A stretch of 62,933 bases of DNA, counting the filler, from Calcarisporiella thermophila CBS 279.70 (taxonomy: Eukaryota > Fungi > Calcarisporiellomycota): the NCBI RefSeq assembly GCF_041956535.1. It is 5 parts of 5 records of this genome, joined end to end, with 100 filler letters (N's around TTAATTAATTAA, not from the genome) between each part and the next. Parts side by side here need not be neighbours in the genome. Positions count along the whole stretch, not along the records: positions 1 to 27,930 come from NW_027192194.1; positions 28,031 to 44,543 come from NW_027192199.1; 3 more parts are not named here. One strand, written 5' to 3'. The notes below the pieces were generated by a model. That model was not told where the DNA came from. It did no database searches and was given only the letters and a program-made list of their open reading frames with translations. Position 1 is the stretch's first letter, and the number at the start of each line of letters is the position of its first letter. The translations under genes and the position numbers were made by a program. Positions 26,846 to 37,815 of this stretch are shown piece by piece.

Positions 26846-27330
26846 CTAGTCATTTCTAATTTTGCAATAAAATATTTTTTGATATCGCGTCCTTGAAAGA
26901 TCTATGCTTGAAACGTTGGTCTTGGTGTTCATTGCTTTCTCGAAATTGAAAGCTACCAACTGGTCATCGTTGATTTTGACTGGCAAGCTCTTTACCCATA
27001 TCTGCATGAATCTTTCTACACCTTTATTCCTCTGTGCCAGTATCCACTGTCCATTGATCACAAGAAATAGATCGGATTGAAAGAAACTTTCGAATGCAAT
27101 ATCATTATGCTCTTAGTTACCATAACGATTGCAATCCTCGTCTTGTATACGTTTTAGTCCATAATATCTTGTAGGAGAGTTTTTGCTGGTTCTTGCCTTG
27201 TGTCTCATCGAAACATCCGAATAGTCGGTCGTATCTTTGGATTTGTGGCCGGGTTCTATCTAGGAACCTCTGCTGGAGTCTATAGGACCGTCTCCAAAAA
27301 TCGCCGAATCTTTTGCAATAGAATATATCG
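26846..27330 (-). mobile_element. Degenerate non-LTR retrotransposon ORF2 C-terminus, family D
   Basis: Frameshifted translation IFYCKRFGDFW...YDRLFG...TRIAIVM...INGQWILAQ..ERFMQIWVK parallels family A HAYLEC..LW...EDRLFG...SRLSIIM...VRSKWWSA..DFQELWCK. Confidence 0.65.
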
Positions 27331-27354
27331 AAAGCTAGAAAAAAAGGTGGATTA

Positions 27355-27785
27355 TCTTTATACCCCCGTCTTTATTGTTTAAGAAGACTCTAGAATACAA
27401 TCGTTACATTATTAAAAGTAATAAAATGAGAGAAAAGCTAGAAATTAACGCGATATTGCAATTCGGGATAAGTTGATCATAACGAATTTTCTCCTCAAAT
27501 GGGTAGATGAGTAATAAAAACTCAACTAACTGTGGGTATTAGGGAACAACTTGGTAAGATATATGAAGAGAGAGTTATGAAGAAAGAGAAGGGGTAGTAG
27601 TAGGGACTACTTCGTCAATCCAGTTCTAGAGCCGCTCTATTAGCTCCTTCTTTCACAGCGCCCATTTTACACCACCTGCTTCGAAACTGTTCAATTTGTC
27701 GCTTTTTTCGGGCTCTTGTTAGTTCGGCTCCTATAGCCTCCTCAATATCCAACTTGGCCCGATTGATGATAGTTTCGGATGAGTA
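27355..27785 (-). mobile_element. 5'-truncated non-LTR retrotransposon, family B
   Basis: IINRAKLDIEEAIGAELTRARK...QIEQFRSRWCK and the 3' UTR are homologous to 58575-59021 and 59040-59430. Confidence 0.9.
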
Positions 27786-27795
27786 AAGATGGTCC

Positions 27796-27930
27796 TTTTT
27801 TTTTTGATCAATCAACGGAAACTTTATTAGTTTCCGTAGCTTACAAGAGTTTAATGATTACAATGAAATAAGAAAGGGGGGAATAAAGGGTAAATTAGAT
27901 GTATATAGTGATCGGGTATTTGGTGAAAGA
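27796..27930 (-). mobile_element. 3' end of retroelement family C (runs into gap)
   Basis: PolyT followed by GATCAATCAACGGAAACTTTATTAGTTTCCGTAGCTTACAA, the reverse complement of 57138-57189. Confidence 0.8.
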
Positions 27931-28030
27931 NNNNNNNNNNNNNNNNNNNNNNNNNNNNNNNNNNNNNNNNNNNNTTAATTAATTAANNNNNNNNNNNNNN
28001 NNNNNNNNNNNNNNNNNNNNNNNNNNNNNN
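27931..28030. other. Artificial contig linker N-TTAATTAATTAA-N (also 44544-44643, 57037-57136, 59903-60002)
   Basis: Identical 100-bp N-padded six-frame stop cassette occurs four times; true gap sizes are unknown. Confidence 0.95.
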
Positions 28031-28044
28031 ATTATCAGAAATAG

Positions 28045-28117
28045 GCTTCTATGGCTCAGCTGGCAGAGCGTCTGCCTAGTAAGCAGAAGGTCCTGAGTTC
28101 GATTCTCAGTGGAAGCA
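28045..28117 (+). tRNA. tRNA-Thr(AGU)
   Basis: GCTTCTATGGCTCAGCTGGCAGAGCGTCTGCCTAGTAAGCAGAAGGTCCTGAGTTCGATTCTCAGTGGAAGCA. Confidence 0.96.
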
Positions 28118-28881
28118 TCTTCATTTTCTTTTTCAATTGCTTTTGTACCACAAGTTCGAATATCAAAAACGAATTACATACACTAGAATATGAAATATTA
28201 TTAGTGATTTTATCAAACAATGATATGATAGGGTTAATATACTGATTATGTTTGACTAAAATTATATTTATATTGTAACACATATCCAACTCCTGGATCT
28301 ATTGCTCTTACAGAGAACCTATAAGAAAGCGTTTCTTTTTCAAACATTCAGTAAATATGTACGGGTCCATACTATTCCATTTTAACCAAAATGTTGCCGA
28401 AGAATGAATCCGGTGTTGCCAGAGCTGGACTATCTAGGAGTTTATTTACAATGAGACTCTAAGTATTCAAGTTAGAGGTGACTATAATACGAAAAATAAG
28501 ACCAAGACGCTTGTGTCGCCTCAGTGCAGCCCCAATAAAACAAAGACTCAACTTATTTTGTTAAGTTTGATCTATCATTTAGCAATGGATTTACCCAGAG
28601 AATAATGCGATTATTGTAACAAATGCATCATTTCGAACACTGTTTTCTCCTCATCATCTTTTAAATCTACTCATCATTCTAGTATCCTTAGGAAGAAATG
28701 CATTAACAGCATTCAGACACTCACTGATGATCAAACAATCCTTCTAGGATTTGTAAAAAAATAAAATAAAATAAAATAAAAAAATTTGGAGACAATTTCT
28801 AATTTTTGAGTAGGAAATCAAAAAAAGAGAGCTCGTAGATGTTCAGACGAAACAAAAAGGGCTTTCTTCCTGGAGTCGTGT

Positions 28882-29852
28882 CTATTTACGGTGGCACCAG
28901 TATACATCAATTTGAAATGGGTAGAGTAATTTCCCATCTTCATTATATTCCAAGTCTGATGCCTCGTCTATGATGCGGCGAGATTCACGCAGCACTTCCT
29001 CAAGCTTATCTTGAGGAAGACAAGAAATGTAACTGCGGCTGCGAATGCCCTGAATTATATTTTCAGGTGTGTAGGGGATTTTGGTATGATAGGCAGCATA
29101 CTGTAATGGAGAAAAGATCTCCGTAATCTCGGGGGACGAAAATACCTGTTTCCAGGTGTTTCTAAAATTTTGAGGGACTCCGATTGAAAATTGTTGATAG
29201 TAGCTAAGGGAAAAATAAAATAATGAGTCGAAGTATGCGGAACATGGTCGATATTCTACGTTATTTGGTGGAGGGCCATGAGAGCTATCCAGATTAATGG
29301 CAACTTACTCTCTAAGCTTCTTAACCCAGCTTATCGATCTATCCCTATTCATAATAAAACATTAACATTGTTCGCACTATCCGAACAATTGAAGAAGTCA
29401 GTTATGTATATTTACTCCACGTTCCAAATCAAGCCAAGTCCCCCTCCTGGCTTAAGTACTCTACGAATTTCCTTTAACGCTTGCTCGTCGTCAAACCAAT
29501 GAAATGCTTGGGCCACAAAAACAGCATCAACCTCTTCATTGCCTAGAGGGATCTCCCAAGCTGTCCCTTCTTTCACCTCTACTTCTGGAAGCGTCTTCCG
29601 AAGAATGTCGCGCATGGATGGAACCGGCTCAACGGCAGTGATGCAGAGGTTACGCTCAGCAAGAGCACGAGTGAACTTACCTGTGCCTGCACCGAGGTCA
29701 AGGACTCTAGCCTGTGGGGAGATGTCAAATTCCTTCAAAAGCCGGTCCACAGCGGCTGGAAAGTAAGTGGGACGAGCCGCTTCATAGTCAGCCACATGTT
29801 TTTCGAAGCCTTCGAGGGCAACCGTATTCACTTTCGATTTAATCTCAACCAT
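28882..29852 (-). CDS. Class I SAM-dependent methyltransferase (Methyltransf_11-like), 3 exons
   Basis: YEAARPTY, VLDLGAGTGKFT, AVEP, AQAFHWFD, RVLKPGGGLGLIWN; downstream exons end YWCHRK*. Confidence 0.9.
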
Positions 29853-30663
29853 TGTATTAAGGTTCTGGGAATAGATATGATTGACTTTAAATGCAGCGAG
29901 TCTATTGATTCCAGGTCGATAAGTAATGCGACAGATGATTGATAAACCCTTCATTAACAAATTAGAATTTTTCGCCACTTCAGAGGTTCAAGCAGATTAT
30001 GGAAAAGCTGAAGTTATTACTAACTTTTTGTTAGCCTGGATGAGTAGGAATGTACAACTAAAATAACTATTAGGGGAGAGAGGGCTATGAAAGTTATTTT
30101 CGAGAATTGTGTCCTTATGCCTAGAACAAGGGGGGCTATTAGTCACTTTTGCGCAAGGATTTAGATCACTTGATTGTACAAATAGCAATTCCAAAAAAAG
30201 ACGATATAACTGCGTCAAAACCGGATTCTCAAGAAGAGGGAACTCTAAACACCGATACACTGCATTCACCTCTTCTTCCTATATTTTTTTTCTCTCTATC
30301 TGTGTTCAACTCTATGGAGCATACGGCGAGAGCCGAGTGTAAGTGACATTGCTCTGTGTTATTAGGATCAAGGTAGCTACCGTTTTAACAATGAGCTAAC
30401 TAGAGGCTCCAGCCCAAGGGACATAGCCGATACTATATTGAATTCTCCACCGAAGGTACACTTGATTTTCAATAGCACTGCATTAGTCTTTCTCCGTGAT
30501 AGTACATGCTTGTCGCGCAAGGAAGTGCAGTTTTAGCTGGTGATATATTGGGTGACATCTATTGTCCTGTATTTGGATTAAGTTTGGCAGTATTATACAC
30601 GAACACACACAGCCGATTTATATTAGAGTACGATTAAATGCGATGTAAGAAAATATAGTACAG

Positions 30664-31191
30664 CTAACCATTATTGACCCCAACCACTTTTTTTAATGAG
30701 CGGGCCATCTCCTCCTTAGCTAATTGGAGCATGTTTTCCTTGCTCTTGAGAGCATCCTTGCGGATTGCCTCAAGCTCGAGTTGTATGGCCCCTCGCTGCT
30801 CAGAAGCTAGACACATATCCACTCGGATGGCTAATCTGTCTACCGTTGCAATTATCCTATCGAATCTCTCAGTGATTGATTCTGTGGTGGATTCATAGGC
30901 GGTCATGAGCTGGTCGGTGGTTCGAGGGCCCATCAAGCCAGCTGCCTGCTCCACTTCCGAGAAGAGGAGTGACTGTTTCTTATTAGAATGATTAGAGGTT
31001 GTAGTAGGAGAGGTGGAGGAATTGAGCTCAGACTCGAAATCTTCCTTGAAGTCAGTGAGCATGTGCTTAATGTGAGAAATGCAAGCCATGACTTCATCAA
31101 ACCGCTGTGATTGCTCAGGAGTAAGGTTGCAGTCGTTGGATGCTCTGGAAGGCGGTAGTGGTGATGTTGGGGTTACTGTTGTGGATGACAT
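30664..31191 (-). CDS. Hypothetical helical/coiled-coil protein
   Basis: 175-aa ORF with heptad-like segments; no family recognised. Confidence 0.6.
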   Translation of the reverse strand: MSSTTVTPTSPLPPSRASNDCNLTPEQSQRFDEVMACISHIKHMLTDFKEDFESELNSSTSPTTTSNHSNKKQSLLFSEVEQAAGLMGPRTTDQLMTAYESTTESITERFDRIIATVDRLAIRVDMCLASEQRGAIQLELEAIRKDALKSKENMLQLAKEEMARSLKKVVGVNNG

Positions 31192-34075
31192 GATGTCGGG
31201 TCTGATTATTCTAGTGCCTCAGCCGATGGAGACAATACAAGGAAATGAGCTGGAAAAAAAATGGGCAATTGTAATTAATTTGAGAGAAAAAGCAAAAATA
31301 TAAGCGATGGAGATTGTTTGACCACGTGCGATTGAGAGCGATGGGGAAGAAAACAGGGCGCAAAGATAAGGACAAGCTGAAGGGAAAATCTTATGGATCA
31401 ATTCTCGAAGGCCAGTCTTATATTGAAAGGTTTATTGGAAAAAAGAAAATTTACGGGAAAATGATTGTCAGTAGCACTCCCTTGGGGATTCGTTACACAC
31501 GCGACTAAAATTTTTCCCTTTTTGACTCGGTGTCTCCGGGCGGTCACAATCCTTCCAACACATGCACTCAGCTGCTCTTGACTGGAAATTATTTGAGCCT
31601 TTTGGCTGCATTTGCCAACGGCGGCTGTGCGAGAGTGAGCTAAATTAGAAGTGAGCTGCGCATGAATTCTCTCTTCCTGGAAGTCCAGCGGTGCTCCTCG
31701 TCATTGCGTATTGCCCAACCTTATGCCCGCGCTCTCTAGCTTATCACGTCTATCCATGCCGCATAGCCTGCCCTCTGCACTCCTGGCGAGGTGGCTAGTG
31801 CCAAGGTTAGCGAGGTCTTGGGTGCAGGTCGAGTAGGCTATCCCATGTGAATATGGATCATAAGAGTTTAACCGGGTTCACCCCGCTTTCTTCCCCCATC
31901 CAAAGTGGCTGGCACCATGATTGCGGAGCCGAACAGTCAGTGGCTCTATGGTGCCTGGCGCAGCTGGATAAGAGTTTACTAGAATTTAGTGCGAGACTTC
32001 TGAAGAGAAAACTTCGCACACACTAATTTCCGGGGAGTGAAATCGCTCTCACTCAGCTGAGATCGAGGGGAGCAACCAGGCTTCAATAAACAATGTCAGC
32101 GACGGCTAATTTTTTTCCCTTACCCAAATTGTAGCCAGTCGATTGTAGAGATGGCACTTGGAATGGCTTTAAACGGAACTACTCTTCTGATCCAGATCAG
32201 ACTTGCACATTCACATTGCGATCAGTGGATGTGACGCAATGGTAGATAATCCAATGGAAATGGTGCCCCCATACCTCTATTATGTTGACCAATGGAGATT
32301 CAGGTTACCCTTTCGGGTATCCTGGCAGAATCCCATAGTAACTTCGGTAAAAGATTTACACTCCTCTCCCGTTTGGGACAAGGGGCGCACTGGCCGTTTT
32401 GGGCATGAACGATTCTCCTTAGTGCCTCGAACTACTGCTGAGGGCCCGTTTCTACTAGGGTGATCGATACTCGATGATCATATGCACTGCTTTTTACTTT
32501 ATCTATTGCGTCATGATTGTACAGAAAGTGGATAGGATGGAGAGGAACGTTCGAACGAATTGAGTAAAGTGGTTCGAGAAGCTCTAGAAAGGAACCTCTT
32601 CCTTCAATAGGGCAATTCAATATATCTCCTTGTTGATAAATAAATTTGTTTGCAACAAGCTTGAATCGAGTGTTATCGATTACAAAGCTTAATCCTTGAT
32701 TTTGGCATAGATCAAGTAAGTTGACGAGTTTTAAGCCTCTTGGGCAAATATTTTAAGATATCGCTGTCCACTTGTCCCTGAAAGGTAAACGAATACTTTT
32801 GAGATTGAGGAATGCTAGTAAAATACACTTGAGAGGTTACGAATCATAGAATGAACATGAAATGGTTTTAATCCGTGCGGGTACCTAGTTATTAGGAGGA
32901 TTAGGAGTAAAGGGCAACTCCATTTCTCTGTTATCATTGCATTAATTTACTATGGAATCTTGATAAAATTATTCAAATACATCTAAATAATTCCAACGAC
33001 TCAATGTAAATATACCACTTCTACTAGAGAAAATGAAACAAATAATTAGAGTAAATGAAAGTGAGACCAATAGCGCAAATGAACATGGCACTCTATTTCA
33101 TAATATCATATTAAGAGCATCCGCCATTTTCAGCAAACACTTTGCCTTGACACTAATGTATTTTTTATTACTTCGAAGCACAGCTTTCATAAATACTTTT
33201 GTGACGTAATAATTTATTCAAATTATTTGTAGATATAATAAGAAATCAGCCCTCAACAAACAAGAAATTGATGCACTGAGTTCTATTCTCAGTTTTCACC
33301 AGAGTTAAGAATTCACTAATCTGATTCTTAAAATTCTGTGGGGTTAGGAAACTTTATTAAATTCTAGAATAGGGCATACTACTATAGCTACTGACTCCTC
33401 TTGAGAAAGGCCAGTTGAATTTAATTTTAGATTTTGCAAAAAAATAAAACAAGCTAATTTGGAATAGCCATGAATTAGAAAGTCAATATCGACGAAGTTG
33501 AACTCCTATTTAAAGAATGAAATAGAGTGATTCCTTAGAGAGCACCATGAAAGTCACCAATGCAAATCAGATAGGCACTGTAACTTCAAGACCTAGTTAG
33601 CTACCATGGCAATAAGTGTGTATTTTTTATATTGGATTTCATTTATTTCTTGAAATCAACAAAAAAAAAGTTATATGTTAGTAAGAAAAGGAGTTGTGAT
33701 AAAGATTTACTATTATACAAGCAATGATACATCAGAATGCTATTGAACAGCAAATCTTTATATACTTCGGAATATATGACAAATTATACTGACAATTGAG
33801 GAGCTAGGATAAAATAGGGTATCGTGTGCGGAACCGGATATTTCCAACCGAAGTTATTGAATCAATATAATTTAGTTTTCCAATCTGGTGTCATTGTAAG
33901 ATAACCCGTTTATAACACAGAATAATACCGCTCAAAATTCTATATTATAGCACATTATCATACTGTATTATTTAATAGAGCAATATCCAGAGATAATTTA
34001 TATAATAATGGGGATACATTTTAAAAAATTATATAGCAATTTTGGATGACTATTTGGCAAAGGTGTATGCATAGG

Positions 34076-34405
34076 TTAACCCGAAACTCTCATAATCATG
34101 AAAATCATAAAGCCAATGAAAATGGGAACGAAAATGATCAAACATATCAGGCTAATTTTCATATATTTCCTATGACATTTTGGACAAAATATTCGGGTCC
34201 CATAGTGTTTCCGATGAGATTTCTTTCTGTGGTGCATACATACCATTCGGTCGCAATTACAGCATTTGTCTATAGCTATATTAGGACATGACAGCTCCAC
34301 TTGACAACGCTGCACAGTCACGGTCCACCCCTGAGAGTACTGTGGAGCATAGTATAAGGATGATGGATGGTTCATTTTACCCCAAGGTTCCAAGATATTT
34401 AGCAT
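34076..34405 (-). CDS. Small Cys/His-rich (Zn-finger-like) protein with C-terminal TM helix
   Basis: C-x5-C-x7-C-x2-C-x4-C-x2-H...C-x2-C followed by a hydrophobic ISLICLIIFVPIFIGFMIFMIM segment. Confidence 0.6.
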   Translation of the reverse strand: MLNILEPWGKMNHPSSLYYAPQYSQGWTVTVQRCQVELSCPNIAIDKCCNCDRMVCMHHRKKSHRKHYGTRIFCPKCHRKYMKISLICLIIFVPIFIGFMIFMIMRVSG

Positions 34406-36954
34406 TAGCAGCAGGTTAAATACTGCTAGAGCGGCGGAGTTAATAATAATATTTAATGCGTAGAAGCATTGTATAGCGTTGAATATAAGGCAAATTTAGA
34501 GTTGAAATCTCAGACACAATCTTAGAATAAGAGCGAGAGGTAAGACTTTTTCTTAATAAAGATTTTTTTGTTCTACTTGTCTGAGCGTGACCGTTGGTAA
34601 TTACAAGCATCCATTAGTACTCAGATTCGACGTTCAACGTTCCGCAGTTCTCGGTAACAATGCTGTGTTTTGGGGTGAATGGTTACAAAAAGAACACAAA
34701 ATTTTCAGCTTGGTAATATCAATCACAAAAATCATACTGGTTACCCTAAGCCGATAGAACACTTTCTAGATGAAAGAATGCCAGGCGTAAATTAGAGCTT
34801 GTATCCATATACTCTTAAATAACTCTATGAAAATATTTTTTTTGTGCCTAATCCAAATCTCTGAAACTCTTTTGACAATATAAATGGTTACAAGGGGGAT
34901 GACACAAGTTATTTGACTAGTTAATATTAATGAATTACTAAGCTTCGAATTGTACTCTAACATATTGATGTATGATAATAGCGTCATTTTCTTTCCTGTT
35001 AGTATTCCTTTGAGCAATTGTAAAACAGGTTAAAACCTTCATGCATATTTTTTCCTTAACATCCTTTCTGAATGAAATTTGAACTGCCGTATTTATGTAT
35101 GCTATTGAGAGTAGTCCAAATAGCTTAAAATATATAAAGTGGATAGATTCATGTATTTCTTACTTTGAATTATTTTCATATAATAAAACTTTCAAAATTT
35201 TAATTGCCGTACTTTTCATTTCGCAAGATCTACTGTAAACTTCCAGAAAAATTATATATATTTTCACCGTCAACAAAGTCGGATGCTCGTTGATTACAGA
35301 GATACTTCTAATTTAAATGTCTATGCATTTTATGGTGCAGATTTTGTACCAAACTCATCAAACTTATCAAATTATACACAGCTACATCCCCTTTAGGTTA
35401 GTTTAGGTACGACGTGCTTTGATATATTGTAAAGCCAAAAAAAATTAATGGTTCCCAATTGAGTTTGATAATAAATAGTGCCCGCTTATCTGATAAATAT
35501 CCCCTGCTCTACCAATATCAAGAAGGGATCAAAGGGATGTAGTATGCCAAGCATCAATGACAATAATAGTTTAATGGAGAAATAGAGCAATGCATGGCCC
35601 TTGTTTGGAGTAGATTCTGAGTTTATATCTCAACAATTACATCATCAATCACCCGCAGCAATTGTAGAACAATGCACAATAGTGGAAGGGAGAAAGTCTT
35701 CAATATCGTAGCGTTGAGGCAGAGGAAGCTGTCAATGAACTGGTAGCATAATCAAGATCATCTCCAGCCCTTTAAATGAGTTCCACTCTTATTAACATGC
35801 TATTTATCTTAAAATTACCATTAGGTCTTCATTTGTTACATAGTATTATATTGTGAAATACTCTCGATTTTTTAATGTGCTGTAAATATCTGTGGCTTTT
35901 GGGCTTGATGAAAAACCTGCAAGAGGGATTTTAATCAAGTTTTAAAACTTTGCGATTTCAGGAAAAGAAGGGATGGATCGTATATAAAAGCCCAATTGAT
36001 ACACTTAGTAAGCAAACTTTCAGAATAGCATTCCGACCGGCTTACACGTCCATATAAATGCTTTATGCATAAGTTTAATTCATCGAGAACGGTTTCCGGT
36101 GTGTCTTGTTTCAATTTGCAATTTAATTGCAAAACCTTGCGAACACAGACCAAGCACGAATCTGGTCTCTGTTAACTGAGTTGTAAATGGTGTTTTAGAT
36201 TTCCCCTCAGTTTCTTACCCAACCCTTCCACTGATCGTCGCTGCATTATGCCACTCCTAGTACGCTAACTAAACTACCTCATCTGAGACTTTCAATACGT
36301 TATGATTAGAAAGGGTCATCAGGAAGAGTAGCCTCGTTGATTTTGGTCTCAGTATACTAGGTGTACAGACGAAGAGATAGAAGAGGCGAGATGATAGCTT
36401 GCATGATTCTTCAAAGTACAATTGGTCAAATTTTCAACTGAAGGCCAAATAAGAAGGAATGACGTTTACCAATTGATATTTCTCTTTATTCCTCTGCATC
36501 CAATTGAGACAATCATTATATTGCGCTTCACCATAACAATTCGTGGCTGGCAGAATCAAAATACTTGAGAACCAGCTTCTTCCGTATATTTCTCTGATAG
36601 AAACGAGGTATCAAACCAACTGTGCATTACTAGGACTAAAAGTCTTTAGAAGCGGTTTCCAATAACCAGCTTGAATTTCATTGGGAAATCCGATATCGAA
36701 CAGTGTGAAAATTAGATCGTCAATTAAAATGATTGAACCTACTTTGGGTGGCGAAACTTCGATATTAAATCTAGCATATTTTGTTTGGTGTAACAAATCG
36801 AGCAACTCAGTCTAAAACCTCAGTAACCTATTGTGCGAACATATATAATAGTTAGATTCTCATTCTCCTACCCGTAGCTTCCACATCCATTATTTTCTAT
36901 TTTCTTTTTCATCGTTTCCCCTAAGGTTCAATACCTTCTCCCATTCTTTAAATC

Positions 36955-37815
36955 ATGGCCGCTTTTGATCGATTCTATATTGGAATCCTTGCCTCTGTCA
37001 TTACATCGTGTCTTGTGAATATTCGCATATTTATCGCTAGATACAGACTCTTCTACACTAAGGCGGGGATCGCCCATTTCCTCTCCAATATTTTTGCGAT
37101 GGTTGCTGCCATGAACTTGGCCGTGAACGAGTCTATTCATAACGATTCATGCACTTTGGAACTAGGGTTTGGATGCGCTTTGGTACATGCCTCTAAGCTA
37201 TTAAACCATCTCATTCTCTTTTGGCGCTGCCATGTTGTCACCAATCAACACCCTTTCACGAAATACGCCTTCTACATGCTGGTTCTGTGCAAAATGGGCG
37301 CTGTCTCGACCCATTGTGCTATAATGCAACCCTTCTATGATAGTGTAGCCCGCCTCTGCCTTGACAAGTTAGAGCCTATATCCACGCTTCTCACTTTCGT
37401 TCTCGACATGGTCGCTGATTTCTCACTGACTACATTGTTCATGGTCAAAATTTACGACCAAATCTGTCAGAGCAACCGCTACACTTGTGGCCCCGCGTCG
37501 AAGATGCAACGACTCTTCCATGAATACGTTTTTGAAGCAGTCCCGATGCTATGTCTCTCCATGTGCCTCAACGGCATTATCATATCCAACATACTTGCAG
37601 AATACACTCTGATTGTCATATACTCCGATCTTATCGTACAACTGCGTCTCACAAATGATTTGCTTGTTCTCAACCGCCTAGCAGATATTTCCTCCTCTAA
37701 TGGACAAACATCCAATTACAGCCAAGATCACTCCTCGTACCGAAAATCCCACCTACAAGACTCTCTCTCGTGTTCAGATACTTCACGCCCCCCTGTCTTC
37801 TCTCAGTGTCCTTAA
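36955..37815 (+). CDS. Multi-pass (7TM, GPCR-like) membrane protein
   Basis: About seven hydrophobic segments, extracellular Cys residues, Ser-rich C-tail; TATA near 36843. Confidence 0.75.
   Translation: MAAFDRFYIGILASVITSCLVNIRIFIARYRLFYTKAGIAHFLSNIFAMVAAMNLAVNESIHNDSCTLELGFGCALVHASKLLNHLILFWRCHVVTNQHPFTKYAFYMLVLCKMGAVSTHCAIMQPFYDSVARLCLDKLEPISTLLTFVLDMVADFSLTTLFMVKIYDQICQSNRYTCGPASKMQRLFHEYVFEAVPMLCLSMCLNGIIISNILAEYTLIVIYSDLIVQLRLTNDLLVLNRLADISSSNGQTSNYSQDHSSYRKSHLQDSLSCSDTSRPPVFSQCP

Noticed and set aside
27975-27986. Recurrent TTAATTAATTAA motif
   Set aside because: Artificial six-frame stop linker within N padding, not biological.
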